DNA of 63,729 bases, counting the filler, from Dugesia japonica (taxonomy: Eukaryota): assembly GCA_001938525.1 (NCBI GenBank). It is 6 parts of 6 records of this genome, joined end to end, with 100 filler letters (N's around TTAATTAATTAA, not from the genome) between each part and the next. Parts side by side here need not be neighbours in the genome. Positions count along the whole stretch, not along the records: positions 43,084 to 52,543 come from MQRL01640526.1; positions 52,644 to 63,729 come from MQRL01583475.1; 4 more parts are not named here. One strand, given 5' to 3'. Position numbers and translations under genes: made by a program. Positions 45,770 through 60,479 of this stretch are shown one piece after another (positions within the stretch are counted from its first letter, which is position 1; every line of letters begins with the position of its first letter). The notes under the pieces were generated by a model. The model ran no database searches. It was not told the origin of the DNA and was given only the letters and a program-made list of their open reading frames with translations.

Positions 45770-46600
45770 GATGTTATTTTTGGAGATTGAACTTTTGATA
45801 AAGCACCAAACAATTTTACCAACTTTTTACATGGAACGCAAAAGTTAGAAATTCATTCCCATCCTGTGTTTATTTTCTTTTAAAGAAGACTAATTTCGAA
45901 ACATACAATCGAATGTTTGCCATTCTGCAACAATTGATACCGAATATTGCGCCAGATCAAGGTCTTTTGAATTTTGGAAATGCCCGTATGTCTGCTGCTC
46001 AGGTTGCTTTCCCACGATTAGATGTAAAAGGATGTTATTTCTACCTTAATCAAAGTTTAATTAGAAAAATTAACAAAGTTGGCTTAAAAAGTGTATGAAT
46101 CAGGCATTAACATGAGACTAAAACTAAAATCTCTTTCCGCTCTGTCCTTTGTTCCATTAGCAGATGTGAAAAATATATTTGATGAACTTGTTGCGACATT
46201 TCCCAAAGATGAGAATTATAAAGAAGTTATCACTTATTTTTTTCAACTTAAATCGAAGAAGCTGCAGAAAGATTACCTCAATTTCCCATTATGATTTGGA
46301 ACCATCTTGAAGCTGTTTCCAAAAATTGTCCAAAAACTACAAACTGTTGCGAAGGTTTTCATAATGCCTTGAATTCTATTTTTCATTGTTGTCATCTCAG
46401 TATATGAAATCTATTGGATGGTTTAAGACGAGATATAGCTTGCCAGTGATTATTATTAGCAAAGGCTGATACAGATCGCTCAGAAATAAGAAGAAAAAAT
46501 ATGAAACACTCAGTAACCAAGTGGTAATAGTTTTGCCAGGGTATCAATATGAAGAAAATAAGATGGAGTTTTTACACCGAATGACCAATCTTCAATAAAT
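45770..46600 (+). mobile_element. Decayed MULE (Mutator-like) transposase
   Basis: TFDKAP, GCYFYLNQSL, LSALSFVP, WNH...PKTTNCCEGFH. Confidence 0.85.
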
Positions 46601-48205
46601 CATTGTTCTTATTTATTATTCATTTTTAATGGCCAAAGTTTTATATATTGTATTTAGTTTTAATTACTAAATTAGCACAGAAAGTTATTGTTAAATTTTT
46701 TTTTAATTATTCGATTTTCATTCTGTTTATTTTGTTTTTCGATTAATTTGATGTGATTAGAATGTTAATCTGTCTTTCTCTATATATATAAAAGATTAAA
46801 ATATATAGAGTAAAATATTATTTCAATTGTTTCATAGTTTTTTATGGAAATAAATAATGCCATAATGGCAGTTAGAAAATAGTGATTATTTAAACAGCTA
46901 ATTTTGTTTAAATAATACAAAATATATTATTCTTAAATAAATCATTAATATTAATGTCGAGTCTTTTTACTGGTGACCACGCCAAAATAATTGCGTTAAC
47001 AAGAGCGAAACGCAAAGAAAGGCAAAAGATCTTTTCAAATTTGCCTAAAAAAACACAAGAAATGTTAATTCCAAAACCAAGTTTTTTTGACGGTCTCAAT
47101 CAAGATGCCGAAGAATGGATGCACACAACAAAATATTTTGTGACATTCAATCAAATGGAGTTTGCTTTCGAGTTAGATATGCTGTTAAGAGGTGATGTGA
47201 AACAGTTGTGGGAAGAATTTACTTGTTCAAATGAGTCTGTTTCCAATGAGGAGGTCGAAAAATGGTTTATGGAAAACTTTACAAAAACAAAATCGATTTT
47301 TGATAAAGTGAAGGAATTTCCTGTAATAAAACAGAGAACAAACTAGAAATTCTGAAATTCGAGTTAAGAAAATGGTTACAGAGGTATTTCAAAAGAAATT
47401 AACAATAGAAGAAATTGCAAGAGCATTTATTCTGGAAGGATTACAGATTGAAAAACTACGCGAATCCTTTGTCCTTGATCTATCAAAGTCTGAAGAAAGA
47501 AGAATAGAACATGCAACAAATTTAGAAAAATTGGTTCCGCTTCCGGAAGTGCATGTCATGAAAACACATATTCGAAAGTTTTTAGTAAACCACGATATTT
47601 TAATCAACGTTCAGATGGGGAAGACATATTTTGAACACCAAAGGAATTCAATAAATTTTCATTCTTCAGGAAATAGAAATTAACCTGAAAAATCAGCTGC
47701 TTATAAGGATAAAGATAAAATATTTTTACAATCGAGCAATAATGGAAATTTTTCTCATCAAGCTAGTATACCGCAATGATCAATGAAGATGATTGCAATG
47801 AAATTCTACAATCAGTGCAGAAGTAAAGCATCTCAACGCGATGAAACTTTGTAACAAAGTACATGCTTTATTGTGGTAATATGAATCATAGACGAAATGA
47901 ATGTCCGCTTAAGAATAAATGCTTAATTTGTGGTAAAAATGGTCATTATTTCAAAGACTGTTATTTAGTTCCCAACGGTCATCAAAATGGAAGAATATCA
48001 TGTATTCATGAAGAAGAGCAAAGTGTGAATAAGATTAATAATTTAGACGAAATCCATGATATCGATCATTATAAAATGGAAAAACACTCCTATTAACTCC
48101 CTGTCAATAAATTCTATTAAAAATAGAGATAGAAAAGAGGAATTTGATATGAATGATGAAGAGTTTAGAATGTTTCAGAAGATATACAGACGACTATGAA
48201 GTATT

Positions 48206-48676
48206 ATGAATTGTAATGGATGTAATATTGAAATGTTGTGGGATTCTGGAGCATCAATAACAGTGATGAGTGAAGAAAATTGGATTCGAATTGATGCGCC
48301 TAGAATGATAAAGTCAGAAGTTAGATTGTCAGGCGTTTTTTCTTCAAAACGTGAATCATGTCTTGATAAGATATTTGTAGAGATTGTATGGAACAAAAAA
48401 CGTTTGATGAAAGAAATTTTGGTTGTTGAAAGTATTTTGCCTGGTTTTATTGGAGGAATTGATATGATGAAATTATNTGGAGTATTCTTGGCAGAAGTAA
48501 AATTGATTGATTCTTCTGAAGTAAATACAACATATTCAGATTGTGATCGTGTTAAGACGGCATTGAATTATGTTGCTAACAGAACTCCATTTATTGAAAA
48601 TCTTATTAGGAAATATGGATCAATTTTTAGAGCATCCAAATTTGATTTAGGAATTACTACATTAGCATCAGATTAA
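48206..48676 (+). pseudogene. Retrotransposon aspartic protease
   Basis: LWDSGASIT...IGGIDMM. Confidence 0.85.
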
Positions 48677-48719
48677 TACCAAAGGACCTCCGATTTCTCA
48701 GAATTCAAGAAGACAACTA

Positions 48720-49226
48720 ATGTATCTAGAAGAAAAAGTTGATAAATTAATTAAAGATTTGTTAAAATCAAAAATTATAAAATCATGTAAAAGCTCATGG
48801 AATTCTCCTTTAGTGATAGTACCAAAGAAAGATGATAATATCCGAATGTGGTTGGATTTTCGACGATTGAATGAAGTAACTGAAAGTTTTTCATTTTCCG
48901 TACCTGACATAAACACACTATTGGATACCTTAAATGGAACAACTATTTTTTCATCCATAGATTTAGGACAAGCTTATTATCAAGTTGTATTAGACGAAGA
49001 TTCACAAGTGAAAACAGCCTTTAGTACGAAAATTGGACAATTCTATTTTAGTCTATTGCCGTTTGGCTTATGTAAAGCACCGGCAACTTTTCAGAGTTTA
49101 ATGAATTTGATTTTTAAAGAAATGCTGTATAAAGGTGTAATTGTTTATTTGGATAACATTTTAGCTTATGAAAGAACTGTCGATGAACATAATCAAAGAT
49201 TAGAAAAGACATTTGATTTATTTTAA
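48720..49226 (+). pseudogene. Reverse transcriptase fragment
   Basis: SSWNSPLVIV, LDFRRLN, IDLGQAYYQ, LPFGL, YLDNI. Confidence 0.92.
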
Positions 49227-50263
49227 AGCATCAAAATTAAAAGTTAATCCAGGAAAATGTGTGTTTGGAACTGATAAATTGAGTTTTTTGGGCACTCAAT
49301 TAGTCAAAAAGAAATTCAAACTAACGATGATCAAATTAAAAAAATTACAGAAGAATCAACTCCAGGTTGTTTTACGCAGTTAAGATCATTTTTGGGACTA
49401 ACTAATTATTATCGTCGATTTATCAAAGATTATGCAATTATTACTGCGCCACTGTATGCAATAATATCAGGAAATGAAAAGATGATTGAATGGTCCAAAG
49501 ATGCTGAAAGTAGCTTCTAGCAGTTAAAGTATGAATTATCTACAGCACAAGTATTGGCATTTCCTGATCCATCAAAAGAAATGATTCTAGACACTGATGC
49601 AAGCTTTGGAGCTATTTGAGCTGTTCTAAGCTAAAACGATTACAATGGTGATGAAAAAGTCCTAGGTTTTGCGTCGAGAGTTTTAAATTATCATGAGAAA
49701 GGCTATTATGTAACCAGAAAAGAACTTTTAGCTCAATTTCTATTGGCTAACAACATTAAATAATAATTATTTCCTTATAGTGCTATTAAATGGATTGTCG
49801 AGAAATACACCTGGTAATCATGAAAAAGTATTTACTGAAACAAACGTAGAACTGAAACGAGTTGCGGAGGAATTAAGAAGGTAAGAATAAGATACAAGAG
49901 GTCAAAGGCAATTTTTAGTTGGCGAAAAGGTTCTTGTAAAAAAAGAACCTCTTAATATTCATAAACGTGGAGACAGGTATGAAGGTCAGGATACGGTTAT
50001 TAAGTTCTTAAGGCCCCATCAAGTTTTACTGAATTTTCCAGATAAACCAAAGTCAAGACGAATTGAATGACTAAAACGAGTTTCAGTTTCAATGAAGAGG
50101 GAAGTTAAAAAATAGTGATTATTTAAACAGCCAATTTTGTTTAAATAATATAAAATATATTATTCTTAAATAAATCTNNNNNNNNNNNNNNNNNNNNNNN
50201 NNNNNNNNNNNNNNNNNNNNNNNNNNNNNNNNNNNNNNNNNNNNNNNNNNNNNNNNNNNNNNN

Positions 50264-51176
50264 AAAAAAGGAATTTAAGATATATGAAATTTATCATTTG
50301 TTAAATTAAAATTATAAAATAAACAACAATACTTTATACTATAATAACAACAAAGTCTTTAATTCAAATAATTTTTCATTAGTATTTTCAATATTTAAGG
50401 AACGCTTATTAATTTTCTAAATTAATAAATTAAACTTATATATATTCGTGTGAGCAATTTACGTGCACCTATTCTGCACCTATGACATAAAAGCAATAGA
50501 ACACATGCAAAAAAATTAAAATAAAATATTTATGTTAGATGAGTTAGAGAACTCGGATTATCAACATCAAAATTCAACTCCATAAAATTTATTTCAAAAT
50601 AAAACTATTCTTAACACTATTTGTTTATTCAAACAAATTAAAATCTCGTGTTTTCATTGGTGATCATTTTTTTAAATTAATTTACTTTANNNNNNNNNNN
50701 NNNNNNNNNNNNNNNNNNNNNNNNNNNNNNNNNNNNNNNNNNNNNNNNNNNNNNNNNNNNNNNNNNNNNNNNNNNNNNNNNNNNNNNNNNNNNNNNNNNN
50801 NNNNNNNNNNNNNNNNNNNNNNNNNNNNNNNNNNNNAATTTATTTAAAACATTTTATTTATTTATTTAAAATTAATTTACTTTAATTTATTAAAAACATT
50901 TTATTTATTTTTTTAAAATTAATTTACATTAATTTATTTAAAACACTTTATTTATTTATTTAAAATTAATTTACTTTAATTTATCATTAAACCAAATATT
51001 TGTTATTTAAATTTTTCATCAACAATTTGAATCTCTTAAATAAAAGATTTCAAAATATGTTCTCCAAAATATTTTAACTTGCTTTTCAAAACCACTCACA
51101 CTTTAAATGTCATAATTTACGTAGTACCTTATTTAAATATAAATATGAGGTCTTCCTTTTTTAATAGTTCTGTTTT
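50264..51176. repeat. Right long inverted repeat interrupted by an AT-rich ~45-nt tandem array
   Basis: Reverse complement of 45345..45684 in two blocks. Confidence 0.8.
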
Positions 51177-51559
51177 TTCCATGTTCTTTATATTCTGTGT
51201 TCTGTGTCTTCACTGTTCTGTTTTTTCGTGTTCTGTTCTTTCCTTGTTCTGTTTTTTCATGGAACCAAAAACGAAAAAGTGCTGTAATTTAAATAATAAT
51301 AAGAAACTAAAATACACACAAAAATACAAATTATAAAAAATAAAATATTAAAAATAAATGAACTAAAAATATACTATATCAAAGAGACATGCAAAAGTTG
51401 TTTGTATGCAATTGGTATAAAAATAAAAAAGCACAGTAATATAACCATCAACACAATGCAATATAGCAATCATCAACTGATAATTTTTAATTGTTTTTGA
51501 ACGTTAATACCCTTCAACTATATTCTACAATCTACATGGTTACTCAGTGTAACTCTTAC

Positions 51560-52543
51560 TCTTCTTTAGCTTGCTCTTCTTGCTTTTTATCTAGCAAAGT
51601 TGTCAATGACATCATCGAACTTTACTTCCTCTGTTAATTAATGTTCTATTGATAATATTGTGAGATTTCTCAACCAAAAAAACTGTGCATAGAAGATCTT
51701 AAGAAATTCCTAATTCATTTTAATTTTGAGAAACTTCTTTCACAGCCAGCCANNNNNNNNNNNNNNNNNNNNNNNNNNNNNNNNNNNNNNNNNNNNNNGG
51801 AATTTCCAAGATTGTATTTTTGAATAAACTGTAAAAGTTCAAGAGGGCCTTCCTTAAATGTGTCGGTTTTGTCACGTAAAGCTGCATCAGTGACGAAATT
51901 TATCAAGATTTTTTTTCAATGTAGTCATGATCATCATATATCTGACAATTATCATCTTCATTTAAAAGATTAGATGGAACAAGAAATCCATATTTTTCAG
52001 CAAGAAAATAAAGCTGTGGAAATCTCGTATTTATTTATTGAATTACTCTATGTAAAAAAGAAAGCATTTCTTTTCGAAATTCAGCATCATGTGATCTTTC
52101 ATCAAACATTCTTTTTTTTTCTTTTTACACCGACCCTGACACTCCATGACAATTCCAAGATCAGCAAAAATTTCCTTGGCATATATTTTTACATTGTCCA
52201 CTAACTTATCCGTATTTTAATGTCCCTTAAAAACGTCTTTAAAGCCTTAAGCTTTGGATCGCAATGCTGTATCCTTATCCCTTTAGTTTGAAGATAAATC
52301 TGTGTTTCGTTAATTTCTGCAAGAACTGATTCTTATAGGCTGAGGAAACAAAAAAATAAAAAGGATTGCAACGCACCAAGTAGTACGCTAACTTTTGATC
52401 TGGTGTGTGTATTTTCCTCTTCGCCAGTCAAATCTTCAAAGAATTTTAAATGTTTGAAAATTTTTTTTATGACACACACAGTTTTAGGCCTTGCACTCCA
52501 TCTAGTTTATATTATATGTTTGAAACTTTGGGAAGTTGTTGAT
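51560..52543 (-). mobile_element. Decayed hAT (ZMYM1-like) transposase
   Basis: TRWSAR; AGCERSFSKLK; FDDVIDNFA. Confidence 0.85.
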
Positions 52544-52643
52544 NNNNNNNNNNNNNNNNNNNNNNNNNNNNNNNNNNNNNNNNNNNNTTAATTAATTAAN
52601 NNNNNNNNNNNNNNNNNNNNNNNNNNNNNNNNNNNNNNNNNNN
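52544..52643. other. Artificial contig spacer
   Basis: 44N-TTAATTAATTAA-44N. Confidence 0.97.
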
Positions 52644-54106
52644 CAAAATAAAATTCCCTATCGAATAGATACTTTGATGTTCAAATTCGAGTTACCCTTA
52701 CCAAATTTTATAATTCCGTCCCGGACTCCAACAAATGAAGTACATGTTTTTCTACATTACTTTTTATCTATAAAATTTATTGACTTAAAGTTTACATATT
52801 TGGAATCAGTGAAAGATTCTCTATCGAATAGATACCTCGTTGACCAATTTTGAGATACATTTTTAATTTTCGAAAAAAGTTACCAAATCCGAGAGGACAA
52901 CTGAATATCTTTATTAGGAAGCATTTTTCCCGAGATGATATTTTAACTTTGTACAGTCACCTTTTCATTCTGAGTAAAATAATACCAAATTTAAAACAAT
53001 ACGAGTTATGTACGCAAAGAAAATTTAGCAGCAAAATTCAAAATTTGAGAATTTTTTCAGATGTTCTCCCGGATTCCCATAAAAATTTGATTAAAAAATT
53101 TTAAAAATCGTACAATTTAAACAAAATGACCTAATTTCACCAATTTACCACAAAATTTTAAAATAATTTTAAAAAACTTGAAAATTTGAACAAATTCTAC
53201 TTTTTCGAAGCATTTCCGTAAAAATTCATCCCAAATTAACCAATCTTGAGAAAATAATTGACCGAATCACCCAAAATTACCTAAACCGATCTCACCGAGG
53301 AAATATTTGACCGAATTCACCTAAAACTGTCAAAAATTNNNNNNNNNNNNNNNNNNNNNNNNNNNNNNNNNNNNNNNNNNNNNNNNNNNNNNNNNNNNNN
53401 NNNNNNNNNNNNNNNNNNNNNNNNNNNNNNNNNNNNNNNNNNNNNNNNNNNNNNNNNNNNNNNNNNNNNNNNNNNNNNNNNNNNNNNNNNNNNNNNNNNN
53501 NNNNNNNNNNNNNNNNNNNNNNNNNNNNNNNNNNNNNNNNNNNNNNNNNNNNNNNNNNNNNNNNNNNNNNNNNCTCATTCAACCTCACCGATGAAATTTT
53601 GGACCAATTTCACCTAACGCACTCTAAAATCATCAATGTCGAGGAAAGAATTTGACCAAAACGCCCAAAAATTACCCAAACCAACCAATACTGAGGAAAT
53701 AATTGACTAAATTCACTTGAACCATCTAAAAATAGACCTTATTTGACCTCAACGAATAAATTCCCAACTAAATACACAGGGAAAAAGTAACACCACATTA
53801 CCGCTTAAAAAGCCTAAAAAATTTTCCTAACTAAATACACAGGAAAAAAGGAACCTCTCATACGTAATAATCTCGCGACAAGATTAATTACATTATGTAA
53901 CGCACACAAATGTGTGTCACCGCCTATTTACATTNNNNNNNNNNNNNNNNNNNNNNNNNNNNNNNNNNNNNNNNNNNNNNNNNNGCACACAAATGTGTGT
54001 CACCGCCTATTTACATTAGAAAAATACAACCTCAGTTATATAATAATCCGATTACGCCTGGGGGGTACTGCATGTGTGCAGAGGTTGACCGCTACTATCT
54101 ATCTAC

Positions 54107-56912
54107 TATGAATCAATTTACCAGACGATGACAAAATCCTTAAATGAATGTGTTGTTTTATTATTGTAATTTTTGTATTTTATTGAGTGAATTTTTTAAA
54201 AACATATTTTTTTTATCGGAAAATGGTTTTTCAATGAATTCTCTTAACTTAAGAAATAATAACTCTAACATGGCGACCACATTATTGGCAAATTTCATAA
54301 AACCTCTAGAAACGTTTGAAATCGGAAACGACGTTAACCAGTTAACAAGGATTTCGATCGATTCTTTGACCTCTCTATGATTGATGAAAATTATAAAGAA
54401 ACGTTTATAAGAGCTTTTCTGTCACCAGAAGCAACCAAAACATACGAAGAAGTGGAAAAGGTTAAAAATTATAAACGTTTATTGATGACTGGAAAGAAGC
54501 TCTAAGCTATAGTAAAGGAACCGATCTGGTAAATGATTTCTGAAAAAACCTTCAAGAATTTGCAGACAATAATTTAAATCATAAAATGGATAAAGAAACA
54601 TTACTGAAAGTTCTATTGTTCAATGCTCTCGATGACAAAGAAATTAAAATAGATATTAAGAAACAAGAATTGAAGACGTCTGAAGAAATGAAAAGCAGAA
54701 TGAAATGCATGAAAAAGTTATAGAAGAAATTAATGAAACCGATAAAAATGTTGCAGCTATGAGAAAATCGTATGCTGAATCAGTAAAATACTATAAATAG
54801 TGGAGCTAGATTCTCTAATAGAAAGTCATTTTATGCAAATTTCAAGCCAGGATATGGAAAGAATAATAATGTCAAAACTCATGAAAGTTCAAAAGGAAAA
54901 GGCTATGTTTCGAGAAAAGAATATAATAGATGTAATAATTATAATCAAAATAATAGAGACATAAATTGCATAAGTTTCAATCAACAAAGCCATGACCACA
55001 GATATGGAAATAACAAATATGAACACAATTCAATAACACCGAAAGTTTTCAGATGTTTGGTTTGCAGAGAAATAGGAAATCGCAGTCAAGAATGTCCAAA
55101 TGTTATGTGATCACATTGTCACAAACAAGGACATTTTAGACATCAATTTTATGAATTAAATGAAAGATTTCCCAGACAAGTCGCAGGAATAAATAAAGAA
55201 TTTTCCGAAGAAAAATAAAATGATGAATATTATGAATGTGAAGAGTCACACCCAAATGCCAAACTTTTTTTCTAGAGGAGGTAACAAAAGCACAATAAAT
55301 GTAAGTCATCTTCTGAGTAAAATTTTTTTGAATGAGATTGAATGTGATTGTATGTTTGATTTAAATTTATCTAAATACGTAAATAATATAAATAATGAAA
55401 ATTTTATTTTTGATAATGTTTTTGATAAATATTTCTCGACTTTTGATTTGGAAAACGCGTATTATCAAGTTGAGCTTGAGAAAGATTGAAAATTGAAAAC
55501 AGCCTTCTAAACGAAAAATAAACAATATTGTTTCAACAGGATGCCATTTGGTATTGCAGCAGTTTCTGGAACATTCCAGAAACTTCTGAATAAAGTTCTT
55601 GGAGAATTGAATTGGAAGGAAGCAGTTATCTACTTAGATGACATACTCATATTTTGATAATGGTGTTGTAAGGACTAGTCTTAATAAAATATGGATACCT
55701 GAGGGTAAAAGTGAAGAATTTATTTCAAACTATCACAAGAAATTATGTCATGGAGGACATAAAAGGTTGGAAAAGTACATTAAAAATAATTTTGATATGA
55801 AAGATATGACAAATATAATGAGAAATATTGTACAATGTTGTGAAAATTGTCAGAAAAGGAAAGTTTTTACAGGTAGAACTAAAGAAAATATAAAATCGCA
55901 AGATGAAGCACAACTATTTGAATCAATTTTCATTAATTTTTGTGGACCACTGGAGTGGTAATATATTTAATTAAAAATATATACTTGGTATTATTGATCA
56001 GTATAGCAAATATGTTTCATTACATGCAGCCAGCCATCAGGACGAAAATACTACAGCATTAATAGTCAGAAATCAACGGATCTCAAAATATGGAGCACCT
56101 AGAATAATTAACACAGACAGAGGCAAAACGTTTGAAAGTAAAGTGATAAAAGGATTATGTAACATGCATACAATTAAAATGAATTTTTATCTACCCCATA
56201 TTACCATGCTGCTAATGGTCATATTGAAAGACAATTCAGAACTATCCGAGATGCAATTCAACTATACCTAAAAGATAAAATGCATAGAAATTTGGTTGAG
56301 TTATTATCAGAAGTTGAATTCATGTTAAATTCAACAATACCAAAAAAATATTAACAAAACACTAACTGAAATAGTATTTGGAAAAAAATATTTTTCTAGA
56401 ATGGATAGAAACAAATAGTTACATCAAAGAAAACAGCGAAACACAAAGAAAATTTTACACTGGAGATTTAGTTTTAATTAAAAAAGATAAACGCAATAAA
56501 GATGATGATAGATATGATAATCCCGTAACAATAACAAGACAAGTTCATGAAAGAAGTTTTGAGGTTAAAATGCCTAATGGAAGACCTTTGATACGAAATA
56601 TCGAATGGCTTAAACCTTATAAAAAGAAGGGGATGTGAGATTTACAAATTTAAATGTAATATATAGATTTTAAATTAGTTTAAAAAATAATAATTTAATG
56701 ATTTGAAATCAAAAATAGTTTAGATAAATTTCGAATGTTGTATTTTACGTATGATGAACCAATTTACCAGAAGATGATAAAATCCTTAAATGAATGTGTT
56801 GTTTTATTATTGTAATTTTTGTATTTTATTGTGAGAATTTTTTAAATACATTTTTTTATCGGAAATTGGTTTTTCAATGAATTTTCTTAACTTAAGAAAT
56901 AATAATTCTAAC
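54107..56912 (+). mobile_element. Internally deleted Ty3/gypsy element with both LTRs (5' LTR truncated)
   Basis: 54107..54270 matches ~56752..56912; PBS tggcgaccac at 54271; RT piece FDLENAYYQ/MPFGI/YLDD; integrase H-H-C-C and core; PPT aaaaagaagggga then TG at 56634. Confidence 0.92.
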
Positions 56913-57239
56913 CATTATTATTATTATTATTATTATTGTGATTTTTATTATATCTGTTATTATTATATTACTCTTAATTTATTAAATCAACATTTTAAAC
57001 ATAATTTTTACTATCAAAACTTAAATACTTAAAAAATACATTTTCTTTCATTTGATTGTTCTTAACATTGAATAAAGACTTGCCATCAAAGAAGAAGCGT
57101 TTCCGGCAGTATTCATTTTACTGTCTATTATATGAATTTGTGATAGCTCTTAATTGCAAATGTGTTCTAATTAGCCTTATATGTAAACACACATTTCAAA
57201 TAAGGCTATGAAATCAACAAGCACATTTAAATTTTTTGC

Positions 57240-57460
57240 ATTCAAACAAAACGGATAAGCCACTGGACTATTTTAAAATTCTGCAATTTAAGTAATGACA
57301 AACAATTACCACAATATTTCAAAAAAATATCGCAAAAGTAGTAGACGGACTATTTTCATCCTATCATGTTTTTGAACTCATTGTAAAGTGTGGTAAACTT
57401 CATAATATTGCTGAAACACTCATCTTACCAGCACTTTAAGAAATTATTAGAAGTTTGATG
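57240..57460 (+). mobile_element. hAT Buster/Charlie transposase fragment
   Basis: DKPLDYF; LIVKCGKLHNIAETLILPA. Confidence 0.65.
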
Positions 57461-59414
57461 CACCAGGATTTAGCTGAGGTGCTCAAAGTGACACATATGT
57501 TTAGAGACGTATTGATAAATTCGGCAGTAGATATGAAAGGGCAACTGGTTGCAATCGGGCAAGCTAATAAATTTTTATTACAAATATATGAATCTACGTT
57601 ACACCAACCGCATGGGTCTTCTGACTCTAAAATCTCTAACACCGTTGTATCAGTCATATATCATACTGTTTTGTTAGTAAACAGTAATTTAATTTTAATT
57701 AGTTTTGTAAATTTTAGGTGCGTGGTAAGATTATTTACAGATGAAAATATAGCGAAAGTGGGCATTAGGTTAAAAAAGGATGAACTGGGCTAAGCGATTA
57801 ACACGAAGTATTTCCCCGAGTGAAAGACGATTAGAAAATATTTTTATATCAATGCATGAAGAATTTAGACGGACAGTTTTAATTTATTATTTGTTTATAT
57901 AAATGAAAATTGTTTATTTTTTAGTAACTTTAAAATTAGTATTTTTAATTGTAAGAAAATTATGAATTTTAATTTTATGTATTTTATATTTGACTTGTTT
58001 TGTAAATTTAATTGTGTAAAATAAATTTTGATTTTGAAATTTACTGTTGCAATTTGAAATTTTAGTTTTACATATTTAGTTTTGAAATTTCAAAAATAAA
58101 TTAAAACAATTATATTTAATTATAAATATCTATTTTATAAACAACAGCAATACAATTTCAACTAAAATTTTATTATTTCAACCATAATAAAAATTACTGA
58201 TTATTGGTTGACGTAAATGGCTGTTGATAAAAGCTTTTTGTTATATAATCTGTTTTGATATTATCAAAACATTTGATACCAACATTAGTGAATAATAATA
58301 ATAATCAAATGGATCAAATACCAGTATATCAGTAGGTTTATTACAAATTCTATTCAATGTTCTCCACCAAGATTTAATGATTAAATATTTACGAATGCAG
58401 CTTAATCAACGTGAATAAATGTAAGCTTATGACATGAAAATGCACCTGAAGAGTTGATTTGAGCAATTGTGTTCAAATTTAATAAAAAAATGTAATAAAA
58501 GCAGGATTATTAAGTAAGAACTTATTTCATTATTCCAAAAAAAGTTATTTATATGGTTTATTCTGTTGGCAATTATTTTAATTTCATTTGAAAACATTCC
58601 TTAAATTATTTCATGTTCCGGGACAGATAAATCTTTATTTTCAGTAGTAAGAATCCGTGTTGACGTAATTGACTTTGATTTAGCTCAAAGTCCGGAGCAA
58701 CAATAAATGTAAAAAAGCTACAATGTGATAACCGATTAGGTGCTGCAGTGAAGTTCTGTCCTTTACTACAATCTGATTGGTTAAATTTTTCATATATACA
58801 GACAAGCCGCACAATCACACAGACACATGAAAAACGATAAATGACTCACTGCTGGATAAAAACGAAATTCTTCTACCTTTAATAAAAATTATAAAAAACC
58901 ATGTTTTTTAAAAAATTTTTATCTAAGCCTTAGTTTATTTTCGTAATTTTGAAAATATTTCTATTTCAAATAAAAAAAATGATAATTGAACAATGTCTTC
59001 TTTAAAATACTGAAAAATTCATTTTCGAGATATATTTGATATTTATTTATNATATCGACAAATAAAATTAAAAATTATGCTGTTCCGAAAATATTTTAAT
59101 TAAATTTGTTAATTATTAATCACATGTTTCATCGATTATTATATTCCTGATTTCTTCTATAATCAGTGTCTACACCCCAGATTAGATTTTGTTACATTGT
59201 ATTCGTTAATTGAAATGTAATTATCAATAGACCTACACATATAAATTTTACGTATCTTTAAAGACAATATTTCAAATCTAGTATATTTTAATTAATTTTA
59301 AATTAAATTTTTATTTTAAATAATAGTAATATTAGTATTAGAATTTTAAAACTAAATTTAAATTAGCTGCTAATTTATTTTGATCATATGCATGGGCTGA
59401 ACCACTATCTATAT

Positions 59415-59687
59415 TAGGGTAACCATTTTTATCGTAAAAATGCGGTACAGATAGCAACCATAGTAAAGCATACGTAAATACATGCGCGTGGAAATTTATT
59501 TTGAAATAGTGTTGAATAAATACAACTACCCGTATTCAATAAATTTAAATTTATTTGAAGTGTAACTTATAACTATGTGAAGTTTTATGTATAGCTGACA
59601 ACTACACTTGTAAGTGCTGCTGCGTCTTATATTTTTTAAACGGGACACAGAACTGTCATGGAAAATCGGTGACGAATAATCACCCTA
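59415..59687. mobile_element. Non-autonomous hAT MITE
   Basis: Ends tagggtaacc...atcacccta with perfect 8-bp TSD atctatat (59407..59414, 59688..59695). Confidence 0.85.
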
Positions 59688-60479
59688 ATCTATATATGTA
59701 TGTATCATATAGAAATAATTTGTTTTGTTTATGATAATAATTCTAATTTTTGACTTTGTCTACGTCAGGAATTGACGTTTTGATAATTTCATTTATAAGT
59801 GAAATATTTATTATTAATACATTATTGAAAAAATAAAAAATTGATTGATTCGATGAAAACCAATGCTAATTATGTTCATATTTCTTTATTAAATTTAATT
59901 TTAGAATTTTTTCTCGAACTTGATTCCTATTTATTGTATTTTACAATTTTGTTTGGTAATATTATTAATGAAATTGGATTTTTTAATTTTTCTTTTAATA
60001 GAAAATTTTGCTTTCATTTTCTAAAATTTGTTCTATACAAATTTCTTGTGTCTTATAACAATTTACTCATAATATATGATATAAACGTAACAACTACCGT
60101 GAAATATTGTGTCAAATGACAAGACTTTTAATTATAATAATTATTATTATTACTATTATTTTGATTATTGATTTTTAAATTTTATATTTTTTTCTCCAAA
60201 TGACAAACAAGCGGCATCAAACATTAAAACGATAAATTGCAGAAAAGTTTCAGAAAAAAGTGAAAAACAAATGCAGATTTTTACTTGAAACATAATACAA
60301 GGAAAGGAAGTATATCTAAAATTTATACGAATATTGAATTTTATCTAGATCCATTACGAAATTCAATTCTACATATCGACCGAATACTACTCGAAAAACC
60401 GACTTGTTCGCAAAGTAAGATGATCTTGTCTATGATGTCTTTTACAGACTTCGAAGAAATTATATCGTCATTAGAAATT

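Larger units (their letters stand above)
46870..50177 (+). mobile_element. Ty3/gypsy LTR retrotransposon, degenerate, integrase core deleted
   Basis: Direct repeats at 46870 and 50103; PBS tggtgaccac at 46971; CLICGKNGHYFKDC knuckle; LWDSGA protease; LDFRRLN/YLDN RT; LDTDAS RNase H; PPT aatgaagaggga. Confidence 0.92.

Noticed and set aside
53240-54105. ~40-nt degenerate repeats and a possible transposon end (ggttgaccgctacta)
   Set aside because: No partner TIR or coding motif visible; gaps prevent a call
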